This document shows positions 28,076 through 44,313 of a stretch of 64,000 nucleotides of DNA, in pieces. The notes beneath the pieces are model-generated. The model did not search any database and was not told the DNA's origin. It saw only the letters and a program-made list of their open reading frames with translations. Source of the DNA: the human T2T-CHM13v2.0 reference genome, Homo sapiens; the NCBI RefSeq assembly GCF_009914755.1, contig NC_060929.1; one strand, given 5' to 3'. A program made the position numbers and the translations under genes. Every line of letters begins with the position of its first letter. Position 1 is the stretch's first letter.

Positions 28076-29880
28076 TTGGTATTCTTATGGCTTTCTGATA
28101 ACTAGCTTTGTGGTATATTTTGAAGTCAGGTAGCATGATGCCTCTGGCTTTGTTCACTTTGCTTAAGATTGCTTTGGCTATTCAGAGTCTTTTGTGGTTC
28201 CATGCGAATTTTATAATTTTATTTTTATTTCTGTGAACAATTTCACTGGAACTTTAATAGGAGGTTCATTAAGTCTCTAGATTGCTTTGGGCAGCATAGA
28301 CATTTAAACAACATTAATTTTTCTGATCCATTGAACATAGACTATCTCTTCATAAATTTGTGTCTTCTTCAATATCTTTCATCAGTATTTTATAGTTTTC
28401 AGCTTTATATTTTTCATCTTCTTGGTTAAATTTATTCCTAGTTTTAATTTTTATAGCTATTATAAATGGGATTGTTTTGATTTTTCAGCTAGCTTTTTGT
28501 TAGTATATAGAAATTATGGGTTTTGTATATTGGTTTTATGTGTGAAATTTACTGAATTTGTTTTAGTTCCAACAGTTTTTTGATGTAGTTTTCGGGCTTT
28601 TTATATATAAGATTATGTCTTCTGAAAGCAGAGACAATGTAACTTTTTCCTTTCTAATTTGGATGTCTTTTATTTTTCTCTTGCCTAACTGTTCTGGCTA
28701 GGACTTCCAGTATCACATGGAAAAGAAGTGATGAGAGTGGGCATCCTTGTCTTGTTGTGATTTAGAGGAAAATATTTCAGCTTTTCATTATTGAGTATAT
28801 TAGCTGTGGGTTTGTCAAATATGGTCTATTGTATTGAGGTACATTTCTTCTATACCTAATTTGTTGAGAAAAATTATCATGAAAGTATGTTGAATTTCAT
28901 CAAATGCTTTTTCTGCATCTATTGAGATGATCATATGATTTCTGTCCTTCATTCTGTTAATCTAATACATCACATTTTTAGATTTGCATATGTTAAATTA
29001 TTCTTGCATCCCAGAGATAAATTCTATTTGATCATGGTTTCTAATTTTTTAAATGTGTTGTTTAATTTTCTACGCTAGTATTTTGCTGAGGATTTTTACA
29101 TCTATGTTTATCAAGTATTTTGGCCTCTAATTTTCTTTTCTTGTGATGTCCTTGCCTGGCTTTAGTATCAGTGTAATACTGGCCTCATATAATGAGTTCA
29201 GTGGTGTTCCCTCTTCAGTTTTTGGAAGAGTTTGAGAAGGACTGCTATTAATTATTATTTAAATGTTTGATGGAATTCACCAGTGAAGCCATGTAGTCTG
29301 GACTCTGTTGAGACATACTTGATTAATAATTCAATCACCTTGCTCATTATTAGTATGTTCAAGTTTTATATTTATTCATAAATTAGCCTTAGTAGGTTGT
29401 ATGTTTCTAGCAATTTGTCAGTTTTTTCTAGGTTATTCAATTTGTTGGTGTGTAATTGTTTATACTAGTCTCCTATGATCCATTGAGTTTCTGTGGTGTC
29501 AATTGTAATGGCCCCTTTTTCTTCCTGATTTTTATGATTTGAGTCTTCGTTTTTTGGTATTCTTGTAAAAGATATGTCAATTTTCTTTAGTTTTACAAAA
29601 AAAAAGAAATGAGATCATTTATACTCTGTGGAAATGTAATTAGTATAGCCATTATGAGAAACATTATGGAGATTTCTCAAAAAAATAAAAATAGAAGCAA
29701 CATATGACCTACTAATTTCATTTCTAGGTATATATACAAAAGGAATTAAAATCAGTATCTCAAAGAGATGTCTGCACTCCTATGTTCACTGCATAATTGT
29801 TTACATTAGTCAAGATATGGAAAACCTAAGCATCTGACGATAGATGAGTAAAGAAAATGTGTTACGTGTACACACGGAAA

Positions 29881-30246
29881 TGTATTAGGACATACTTGCA
29901 TTGCTATAAAGAAATACGTGAGAGTGGGTAATTTATAAGGAAACGAGGTTTAATTTGGCCACAGTTCTGCAGACTGTACAAGTATGGCACTGGCACCTAC
30001 TCAGCTTCAGGAAGCCTCATGGGGAAAGGCAAAAGGGGAGCAGGTGGGACAAAGAGAGAGAGAGGGAGGTGCCACACACATTTAAACGTCTTCATTCACA
30101 ATTGTGAGGACAGCACCAAGGGCGTGAGGCTAAACCATGCATGGGAAATCTACCCCCGTAATCCAGTCAGCTCCCACCAGGCCCCACTTCCAGTGCTGAG
30201 GATTACATTTCAACATGAGATTTGGACAAATATACAAACTATATCA
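29881..30246 (-). mobile_element. MSTA-like MaLR solo LTR
   Basis: tgtattag...cattgctataaagaaatac...catgagatttggacaaatatacaaactatatca. Confidence 0.9.
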
Positions 30247-30480
30247 CATATTGAAAGATTATTCAGCTTTAAAACAGGATGAAATCTAGCCATTTTCAAT
30301 AATGTATATGAATCTAGAGAACATTACGCTTAGTGGAATGAGCCAGGCATAGAACCACAAATACTGCATGATCTCACTTACATGTAGAATCAATCAAAAG
30401 AAATCTAACTTGTAACAGAGAACAGAAAGATGATGGCTTGAAGTTGTGGGGAACAGGGAGTAATGAAAATTAGGGGGGTT

Positions 30481-30810
<330 letters not shown>

Positions 30811-31362
30811 TCAAGGGGTATAAACATTCAGTTGTAAAATGAATAAGTTCTGGAAATCAAATGTATAACATGGTAACTATAGTTAATAATCATATATACT
30901 TGAAATTTGCTAAGTGTTTTCACTACACACATACAAAAACAGTAACTATATGAGTTGATGGATATGTCAATTTGATTGTGGTAATCACATCATAATGTGT
31001 ATGTACATATATATCAAAACCATGTTGTACACCTTAAATATATTCAATTTTTTTTAAAAAAAATTATACTTCATTAAAGCTGGAGGAAAATTTTATACTG
31101 GAAGGCTTAAGTTGTACCAATATGTACCATTTCAATTATAAAGTATACATTAACATACAGCTCCACTGCTGCTTTGAAAAACTTAATCTGTAATATACTA
31201 ATCAATTCATGAATACTTTAATTTATATTCTTTAAAAATAAGTGCTCCACTTAAATAATACACAAATATATGTTGCCAAAAAACACATAATCCATCTAAA
31301 GAAATATAAATTGTAATAGACTAGTTCTGTGCAAAAAAATTAACTCACAGAAAATAGTTCTT

Positions 31363-31758
<396 letters not shown>

Positions 31759-32044
31759 TTATGCTAGTTTTTTTTCACAGGACATTTTAGTCATTTTGGT
31801 CATGTGCAATAAGCCTAGGTCATATATTCTCTATGAAAATATTGTTGCAATTAGCAAAACTGTAAAATATAAACAACTGGGTATTTCCATTTACATAAAA
31901 AGAATTTCCATTGTATTGCTTTAATATTCATATTCTTAAAAAATATTATTTAAACTATATGTAGTTTTTTATTTTTTTCTCCAGAATGAGAATATGGCTC
32001 TTTATGCCTTTTTCTCCTGTGTACTTCTTACTAATCGTTTTCCA

Positions 32045-32086
32045 TGTGCACATGTACCCTAGAACTTAAAGTATAATAAAAAAAAA
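32045..32086 (+). mobile_element. Very short L1PA 3' tip
   Basis: tgtgcacatgtaccctagaacttaaagtataataaaaaaaaa. Confidence 0.85.
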
Positions 32087-33384
32087 CCCATACAAAAAGG
32101 AAAAATAAAATTAAAAAATTAAACTGTAAAAAGAAAATGCATTGAAATTAAAAACCAAATTAGCAATAATAAAAATTTTCAATAAAAAGTTTACAAAATA
32201 ATTTTTAAAAAGAAAGGAAAAAACCTAAATATCAGCATACTGGAATATATTGATTAATAGTTTTTATTTTTCTAGTTGTAACCAAAACTTCTGTCTTCTT
32301 TGTATCATATTCTCTACTTTCAAATATTTTGTTAAGTAATACCTAATCTGTAAATATGTATTAAATATTTGCTATTAATTACCATATAGCAGGCACTGTG
32401 GTAGGGATGCCTTCATGTCTTCAAGTCTTAACAATATAATATCTTTATAAGCTGGAGCTCTCAATTTTTAACTGGAAGTACATTCCACACTTACAAGTAA
32501 GTACAAATACAAATTCAGGAGAAGCAATCTCATACTTTGATCTTTGTTTCCATTATACTCATACTTTTTGCCTCATTTGGTGACGTTGATACTTGTTTCT
32601 TCTTTGCCTCCCCCATACCCCATTTCCTCATGACTTGACTCCCCTTATTCATACTAGAATATCTGCTTCTAATTAACCTTTTATCTCTGCTCTCAGCTCT
32701 GGATTTGCCATATATCTAGAGCCACAGAAGAGAAATTTCTCCATCTCGAATCACATGGGATCTTACTAGATGGACAAGCATCCCTGGTTGTCAATATGGG
32801 GGAAAGATTAATTTCAGCCTGAGCACCAAACAGCCTAGCTCGGAAACATCTCTAATATATTTCTTTCTGCTTCAATCAATGTCACCTTCATTATCATTTC
32901 CCCCATCATCATCATCAATACCATTAAACATTTGTCATGTAACTCCAAATATTCAGGACAAATAAACAAAAATAAATAAATAAAAATAAAATCAAATAAA
33001 TTTTTTTCAGGGATCACAAGGTTTCTCATTTTTATTTGGCTGACTATAGGATTTTTTTGAGGTAGGTATAAATACAATATCTTATTACTTAAAATTTAAT
33101 TATCTCCCTGATGAATATTCAAGCTCCTAACAACTTCTACTATGTCACACTTACGCCTACATAACTTCTGCTTTCTTGTGCCATTGTAAGTTTTACAGGA
33201 GAATGAGTGAATTTCAAATCACTCAATTTTACCACTTCTTAGCAATTCTTGGAAAATAATTTGAGGATTGAAATTTCTGCTAAAGTCAAGGATTGGTACA
33301 ACTTTGAAGTATTCTTTAACACTTAAACACTTCCCATTAAAGTAAAAATTATTTCAAAGAAAAATACAGATTTATTTTTGACCC

Positions 33385-33668
33385 CGAGGTCAACTTATTA
33401 GGTACAGTGCTTAGGATGCTCATTACTTTTAGGGGCACAGAAAAATGTTTTAATTTCCTTTAAAATGAGAAGAAAATAATAAACTTTTAGGTCAAAAAAT
33501 GTGTTAATATATAATATTAATAATTTGTTCATTATACTCAGGTAGCTGTGAAACATAAATCTAAATATTTGTGTGTGTGTTGTATGTGTCTATGTGTGTT
33601 TTAATAGAGAACGAGGACAAAGAAGACAAAAATAGCTAGGACCCCACAGAAGTCAGAATGGGGCCATG
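33385..33668 (+). mobile_element. ORSL-like hAT-Tip100 non-autonomous DNA transposon
   Basis: taggtacagtgcttagg...tttaggggcacagaaaaatgttttaatttc...ctaggaccccacagaagtcagaatggggcc. Confidence 0.7.
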
Positions 33669-34281
33669 ATTGATTCTACTTAAAACATATGGAGATCTAT
33701 GAAATTGTTGGTGAATCTAATGGCTGAAAATACGCAGAATATTTTTTCTACAAGACATTCATATTTACCATTATATTTTCTCTATAGTTGATGAGTAAAA
33801 ACCATTTCCAATCTTAAGAAAGGTATAGAAATAGTAAATTTGCCTGTGAATCTACGACAAATTTAAAAAATGTACTTCCATGGAAAAGCATTTTATAAAA
33901 CTTCTAATTCTCACTATTTTCTTATACTAAAGAAAGAATTGGTGTGAGGGAAATACAGTTGAATTGTCAAGCTGATTTTGTGTCCAGGAGAACCTCAAGT
34001 AAACCCTAAGCTATACAAGCTTACTATATAATACAGGTATATCTATAAACAGTTAATGGAGGAAAAGGAAGACTTGACCAAAAGTACTGAATAACTTAGT
34101 TTGTCCTGTGTGCAGCTGTGACAGTCTTCCAAATGTTTATAAAATCTTACTCTCAATGATCTCGTCTGTATTTTGGAGATAATTATGTATAGACATGTTT
34201 CAAAACTAGCTCAGAAGTCACTAGTAAATACTATTGTTAGTCCTTAGGATTAATAAAAGAAATATTAGAAAGAAAAGTGCT

Positions 34282-34602
<321 letters not shown>

Positions 34603-35364
34603 CTAAATTACTTTATATTATTAAAGATCACAATCTTTCTTGCATGGTCATAATTTTTTTAATCTTCATTAATTAATAACTTGGCCTTCTGTTTCTATCC
34701 TTAATATTTTATCCTACCTTCAGATTTAATTTTAAGAATAGTGGTATTACAAAATACAATTAAATGGTCTAATTGAAATACATGCAATTTAATCATACTG
34801 AACTTGGTGTAGAAGCATTCAAAACATGCTGCATTTTAATTTTCTTAAACTAGGAAGCAAAAATATACTAGGCTTTAAACTGTGGATTTTTAATGTTGTA
34901 CATTTGTTCAGGGACCATCAGAAAGAAGCACAGGTTGTTTTGAAATGTGGTTCAAACTTTGTGACTTAGGGGTGGGGGCATTCCAGACAAAATTAATATC
35001 CATTAGTACGATCCTATAAACTCTTATTTAAAATCTTCTTTTAAAATGTATTCAATATTAAAAAAAATACAGTGGAGCATGGGAGAAAGGCAATAGTGTA
35101 ATTACTCTATGGCTAGCTAACCCACAGTGTATGTTTCTTGTGGGTAGAGGTAGAGATTGAATTGCATACAGTGATTTCTGAAACTGATGAAATTAACTAG
35201 ATAATTGGGGGTGGTTTGTTATCAACAACAGATAACTGGGACTGGAAAAAAACATACTTTTCTTATTCTAGACTTTAATAAAAATACCTTGAAAATGCCA
35301 ATACTAAATTCTATATTTGGAATAGGTTTTGATACTGGCCATTAGCTCATTAATGTAAAGCCTT

Positions 35365-35975
35365 TTTTCTTGCCTTTTCCAGCTTCTGGGAGCCTTCTGC
35401 ATTCCGTGGTTTGGGTCCCTTTCCTCCATCTTCAAAACCAGTCTAACAGCATTTTCATATCTCTATGATACTAATTTCCTCTTTTTTGAGGCATAAACAT
35501 ATTTTCATTGAAAATCGTGAAGAATTGAGAAGGAAAGGAGTCTGAAATTTTAAATGGTGAGAGTTGTTTTATTATCATTATTATTATACTTTAGGTTCTG
35601 GGATAGATGTGCAGAACATGCAGGTTACATAGGTGTATAAGTGCCATGGTGGTTTGCTGAACCCATCAACCCATCATCTACATTAGATATTTCTCCTAAT
35701 GCTATCCCTCCCCTTGCCCCCCACGGCCTGACAGGTCCCCATGTATGATGTTCCCCTCCCTGTGTCCATGTGTTCTCATTGTTCACCTCCTCTTTCTGTT
35801 AAAAGAACTCCTGTGGTTACATTAGGTTCACCTGGATAATCCATGATATTCTTCTCATCTCAAGGTTCTTAATTTAATGACATCACATTTAGCCATTTTC
35901 CATAACACATTCACAGGTTTGGGGAATCTGGACATGGAATCTTTGTTGCAAGGGGCAATTATTCTGCCTCCCATA
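35365..35975 (-). mobile_element. MLT1 (D/E-like) LTR interrupted by an L1PA insertion
   Basis: cttgccttttccagcttctg...cctccatcttcaaa; resumes gtggttacattaggttcacctggataatcc...cacattcacaggttt. Confidence 0.8.
35566..35790 (-). mobile_element. L1PA7-like 3'UTR fragment
   Basis: ttatactttaggttctgggatagatgtgcagaac...tgttctcattgttc. Confidence 0.93.
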
Positions 35976-36538
35976 CCATCCAATTTCCAACTGATGCTAA
36001 AAATAACCTTGCCTTTGATTTTCATAGTGATGGTCTCCAGGTGTCCATTTGGCTCTACCTTAGTAGAAGACTTGCACAGAAGATAGCCTTAAGCAGATTG
36101 AGGTCAAATCACAGCATGGACAGGCTTGTGCAAGAAGTTTAGGGTAATGAAGATGTTTCCTGCCAGATCTCAAAGCTACAGCTTTGAACAATGATAAGTT
36201 TCAAAGTGGGATCACTTGAAAAAGGCAGCAGGAGAGGCTAAGGCTTGGTTTAGGAAACAAAGTTCTGAGGCAAATAGATAATTTAAAGGATAGCCAGGCA
36301 GCTTTATCCTGAACAACTCAGCTCTTTTACAGAGAGCCCTGCTGCATAAAGTTGAAGCCACATCTTACCTACATATTGTACTGTCACACTTTTTTCAAGT
36401 AAATTAAGACTTTATTATCTATGAAAAGCATATAACCAAGAAGGTTGGCTTATCAAAGTAAAGGACCCTTCATCTACTTTATCTTCTCAGAATCCCAGGT
36501 TTTTTGAAAGATGTCCCTGCCTCCAGGGAAATCTGGTA

Positions 36539-37391
36539 CAGTAGGTCATCAAGTAATGTCATTTTTTTTTTCAAAGTCTTTCCTTGTAACATTGATGAGA
36601 AATAAAAAAAAAAAAAAATCGATTCCCTGGCAGAACCACCATCTGTGCAGTTTGCAGCTTCTCCACGTCTGTATGGATTTTCTCCAGGCACTCCAGTTTC
36701 CTCCTATATCTCAAAGATGTGCAAGCCAGGCATACTCTAACGTCTAAATTGTCTCAACTGGAGTGAGTATGGGTATGGGTCTGAGTGCACCCTGTGATGG
36801 AATGGAGTCTTTTGAAAAGTTTGTTCCCACCTTGTGCCCTGAGCTGCTGGGATAGACTCCTGCCAACACAAACCTGAACTGGAATGAGCAGGTTGAAAAA
36901 TAAATGAATGAAATAATACAAATGATTGCCAAATAAAAATTCATTATGTAGACAATAATCATGCAAATGCACAATAGACAATACAGTAAGAGAGCATCAG
37001 TGAGCCTGCCATATTTGAGTTTTGAAATGTATGGTGATAGGAAGTGCTTCTTACAATATTTTCTTTTGATAAACATTTACTCCTTAATTTAACCCACCAC
37101 ATTGTGATTGCCATCACTCTTTGATTCAGTAAAAATTGAGTAAATAATTATATTATTGTTTCTATTAATCTTTCTTAAATGTATATACAGCTCACATTTA
37201 TTTCAATATGTAATATTAGAAGTTTTTTGCGTCTTTGTTTAGAAGTTTGGTGATGTTTTGTGACCAGAAATATGCTATAAAAACTTAACTGTTGGTCAAA
37301 TCAATTAGCCTATTGTAAAACAGAGTTTGTTATATGTCATTTAAGTTATAGTTTCCAAGAACTTATAGATGACATTAACTGAGTACATCTG
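36539..37391 (+). mobile_element. MER6 (TcMar-Tigger non-autonomous), near full length
   Basis: TA|cagtaggtcatc...acattgatgagaaa...tcgattccc...gacattaactgagtacatctg; degenerate terminal inverted repeats. Confidence 0.88.
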
Positions 37392-38405
37392 CATTTAGCT
37401 AACACGTGGGGAGCCAGTGATTTCTCTGTGGACACTAACATTAGCCAGCAACTTTGGCATGTTAGTCAAGGACAAAAAGATAAAAACAAATGGCTGGGGG
37501 AAAAATTTATCAACATTTTGAGAAATGAACTCAAAAGGCAGATTCCTCACTAGCAGCAAGATATCCATTGTGTACCCACTTTTACCTGTATGGACAGGAA
37601 TTTGTTATAATTTGTTGTATTTATAATTATTTTTATTTTTAAACGTAGTTAACTAATTCCACCTTAGTTTTTTTAGGTGAGATTCTACAAGTCATCAGGT
37701 TCTTTCTTGCTGGCTAAGCCCTAACCTCTGGAATTCATAATCGGAGGACCTCATAAGGATTATGGAAACAGAATTTCATGGTAAAATAAGTGGAAGTGCT
37801 AAATTCTCAAGGAAACATTAACCTTTAACAGTGGTTGCTTCTAAAGTTCCAAACATAAGGTTATAATTCTGAGAGGAATAGAAGGAAGAAAAACTTTTGT
37901 CCCTAAATTTTCCACTTTTCTCCTCGTTCTCTTGTCCACACCATATGGCTAGACATGACCACTTTGAAATGAAGGTGATGTTGTCTTTCTTGGATTCCAT
38001 TTCCCACATGTTGAACTCATTTGGTGCAACTAAATGCTGCATGCAGAGACTTAATGAATACTTTGGATGATTATGATGACAAGGCACTAACATGGCAGAC
38101 TGAATTTTCCCTCATGGGAGAAGAATCAGATACTGTATAATGGATTGAAATGCTTAAGTTCATGGCCAGCTTCAAAAGTAAGCTGAAGGAAGGACTACTT
38201 TTCAAATGAAGAAGCTAATTATTTGTGCTTGATTAGATGATGTGGGAAATAGTGTTTCTAGTTTCACTTTTAAATATCAACAAGCAAGTCAACCGATTAT
38301 AGATTACGAGTTGCTCTTTAGAAATCTGGACAAAATGATATTCCTTGTCATTGCCAATAGCTCTTGTTTGCACAAGGTTCATTTATCATCTCTTCTTGTT
38401 TTCAG

Positions 38406-38426
38406 GTTTGAGCATGAGTCATTGTG
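38406..38426 (+). other. Candidate 21-nt microexon (unverified)
   Basis: Pyrimidine tract tctcttcttgttttcag, then 21 nt, then GTG|GTAAGG donor, in sequence with no recognisable repeat. Confidence 0.3.
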
Positions 38427-40072
38427 GTAAGGTTCTTGTATGTGGCTGATCATATTGAATGCTAATTCAGAACATATTGTAGAATAGACATACCAAACTT
38501 CAATAATGATTAATTTTATTTAGTCTATTGCTTGAATTACTTGTAAAATATGGTTTATTGTTCTTTAAAAGATCAAATATTCTATCGAAATCCAAACCAC
38601 ATTAATCATCTGTTTCTAAATACTATATATCCATGCTTTGTGTAAATACAACTTGATATCTAAAGCTATTAAACTAAATTTTAAAATTCCTATTTTATGT
38701 CTGATATAAATCAGCAGTGCAAACTCAAAAATGCATTCACATAAGCCATTTTTTAGATGCCTCTCATTTTATTGAATATCACTCTTTTATGTCTATTGAA
38801 ACCCTTTTTTGTTGTTGGCATTTAAAAATATACTTTCATTCTGAGAACACGTCTTAGTTCTAGATACTTGAGGTCAGATAATATGATAGCACAAGAGCTT
38901 TAAAAAATTTTCGCAAACTAGTTAATCTCTGAGTAGCTTGTCCTGTTTTTTTCCTCAGTTATGATTAAATATTTATGGCCTCTATCACTCACTTGCTCCT
39001 GAACAGATTTTTCCTTATTGATATAAAATGTCCTCATATTTTGCCTATATGTGCTCCATATGTCAGCTACATATTGAATCACAAATACTCATTAGCTTTC
39101 TTTGTGTATTACTCAGAGCAAGAAGATGAAACATATGACTAGGGCAAAACTCATGAACACTCCAGTAATTATCATAAAAGGCACATTCTTCACGAGTAGC
39201 TGATTATTGTATACAAATTTCTACTTGCAAAATAGAAATTAACTATGCTTTGTTATTTTATTTTTAGAATTAATCCTTCTTAAATGTATTAGAGTGAAAC
39301 ATTAATAGAATTATGTCAGAGGATAATTTTGCATAAGATATTGAGGCATTATACCAGTACAGAAAGGTTAGAAAGTATATTGACTACTTTTAGACTTTTG
39401 TCTTATGTATATTATAATTTACTATGTCAGACATAGCAAATTTTTTTCTGAAGGAACTCTTGGAATGGAAATGATCTTAAAAGACCTGAAAAAAAAAATG
39501 CTTCTTTGCTGGGTTTAGGTCAAAAGTCATCATCTGGGAGCACCATGAAATTCAAACCAAGGAAGGGAATTTTCCCAGTAATGGTCCCAGCAAAATGGGT
39601 GGTCTTATGCCAGAATAATGTGTTTAGAATGACTATGTGCACTCTTTAAAAGTTAGGATAATAAAGAAGTGGGTCAACCAGTGCACTCATTATTTACAAC
39701 TGGAATGATAATGTAGCAGCAAAAGCTCCTACGAGAATGTATTGAAAGACTATTATACTTCAACCCCTGTACATATCTCCTTCCATATGATTTCTTATTG
39801 TCACAATTCTATTACATTGTAGAAATAAAATCTGAGCAATATTTTGAACCTCATTGATAATGTATAGAAGGGATGAACTCTTTCTACCCGATAATATTTT
39901 TTAAACTTTACCACTTGGTGATTAGAATAACATCAACAACAAATAAATAATATAGAATAAAACTCAAGCAAACACTGAGTAGAATAGAGAAGCATTATTA
40001 GATATAGGGATAGATTATGGTAAAAGAATAGTTGCTTCCAGATAAAGTTGAGGCTTTCTGAAGCATTTTTAA

Positions 40073-41798
<1,726 letters not shown>

Positions 41799-44026
41799 CT
41801 TTTGGCTAGGACTTAACAACTCGTGCTGATATTTTACTGACGAGGGATGTGTATATTACTCCACAAGCATTTATTTTTTAATTTATAAAACAATAGAAAT
41901 GTATTTAGTATTTCTAAAGACTGCCTAGAACTCCCTAAGAATGTGAGCACTTTAAAAGCAGCTTACATGGGTCAGGTTTCAAGAATAATTTCCTCCCAAA
42001 TTATTGTCAAGTGTATTCTCTTGTTTACCAGGTGTATTACTGTCACAATCAGGACACATATTCTTATCGAGTCTCTGTTAATGTTTAATAAGTATGTAAT
42101 TATCATTAGTTTATTTGTATTTTGCCTTTCAAAAATGAGAAAAAGCTCACATATTAAAACACCTATAATATGTAATAATTAAAAGAATCAAACCCAAAAT
42201 AAATGAAATAAGGAAAGAACTATACTAGATAGCAGAGATTATTAATTATCAGTTAGGTATTGATTTATTATTATATTTAGGTATTTTTATACTAGTGTTT
42301 CTTGAAAAATAAGACAAAAGAGAAAATCATTTACTCGTATCACAAAAGAGGCCATGCAAACTCATCTGAAGAGAAAAACGTTTTCCTTAACGCTGAACTA
42401 TTAAATAAATATATCAAAAGGCATTGGATGACATAATTAACAGTATAAGTGACTTTGGTTTTGCAAAAATTTGCAAAAACTGCTTCAATTGGATATTCTA
42501 TAAATTGCCAAGGGCATACATTTAAATCCCGATGTAGGGAAATTTTCCACAGCAATGAAAGAATAAATGATTCAGGTGTTTTTGTTTTCTTTCACCTTAC
42601 GATAGTAGGTTTTTACATTTTGCAGGCATGCTTTCATAAACAAGTTTTCCCCAACTGGTTACATCTTCTCAATCTTCTGTAAGATGTTTTACATAAACAC
42701 ATTTTTGTCTCTTCTCATAAAGATTTTGATTTTGTATGTGTGGTCTAGAATGTAGGTGTTCATATTTTTAATAAGCTCCCTCATTATTTCTGATTCACAG
42801 CCACATTTAGAAACACTCATTAGATTCCCTTTTTCACTATCTTTCTCAAATACCAAAATTCTTAAGTGAGCTTTCAGAAGGTGGTGGATTACAGCCAATT
42901 CATGGTAAAGTTCTTTCACAACTGCTGTATGTGACAGTATTCTGTATTGTTTATTTAACATAGATACTTATTTGTTAGGTGCCAGATGTAAGAGATAAAA
43001 ACTTTTCAATTTGTTGTGACAATTTGAGAGCTTATCTTGAATTCCTGCCCAGATGGGATCATTAAACTTCCATATGGAGGCAGGATACAGGAGTGGCTAT
43101 TTCTGGTCAAGCCTGCCATTTCTTTTTCTTTGAAGAGACACTTTATATACTCATAGCTTATGGCAAAATATTCTGTTGATAATTTATAGTAAAGCAAGAT
43201 AAAGAAAGGAAAACCCTTTCTTGATCAGGAAAACTAAGAATAATAGCAATATGCTACCTTAATCACAAATGAATCTCATTATATGTATCATAGAAAATGG
43301 ACATTAGAGGATGATTGTCTTCTAATTCACATCCCACCTGTTGTTTTAAAATTGGCTTAAGTGGTGGTATACAGTAGTAAGCATTAGAAAATACTAACAA
43401 AAATAAAGTTAAGAATATTAACTAATAACACAATTATGCTACTGTCAACACTAAGTTGACCTAATAATTAACAGCATCAATGAGGACTACATATTTTGTT
43501 GAGATTACATGCTGGTACATGAATTTTGCTATTATATGACATTTAAACATGAGAGATGGGTAGATTGCTGTAAAAAGTGTGATTTTATCACTGATGGAAT
43601 GTATATCCATCAGGAATAGAATTGTTGGACTTAACACATACTTGTTCCTCCTGCAAGACACTATTTGGAGAAATACTAATTTTGAGAAGCATAGTACTAT
43701 ACTTACTATAATACAGAGAAATACATTCTGACAATTGCTAAGTGTAACATTGGCCTGGAATTTTAAAGGTATCTAATAGATGAAGAGACCATTCCATACA
43801 TATTCTATGTTTTTAACATGTGAGTGGATCATACTTTATCTTGTCTTAAATAAAATGTTTAGTAAAGGTAAATCTTTTGACAAATTTGGTTCTTACCACT
43901 AGGATAATACCTAAGTTTTTCCTGGATCCTTGCTTGACATTTTATCAAGATGTTTCCAAGTAGCTATAGTGGAAGAATTCCAATAACTAAGGCTGAGGCA
44001 TATCTATGAAATGTGAAAATTTTAAT

Positions 44027-44221
44027 GGGTAAATGTTTAACAACCGTCCCTCTCATTTAAAAAAGCTCACATTTTTAGCATTTGCCAATTTGAGTGGCAT
44101 AAATGCACAAACCATGACTGATGTTTACATAAGAATATTATTCCACTAAACATGGCATTTGATAGAGATACACACAATTAACTATCATGAGCAGGTATGA
44201 ACTGGCTCCAGCACACCACTG
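44027..44221 (-). mobile_element. MER63A-like hAT MITE
   Basis: ggtaaatgtttaacaacc...tagcatttgccaattt...ctggctccagcacaccactg. Confidence 0.8.
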
Positions 44222-44313
44222 ATGTGATTAAACTTCCTATATACCAATAAAGAATAATTTTATTTTTTACAAATCAATCTGTGAGTAGCAATTTCTTGTT
44301 CAACACACACTTA

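Larger units (their letters stand above)
27000..29600 (-). mobile_element. L1MA ORF2 segment (inverted 5' part of an L1), interrupted at about 27510-28102
   Basis: Minus-strand ORF ...[17 protein letters not shown]; continuous antisense ORF2 motifs. Confidence 0.9.
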
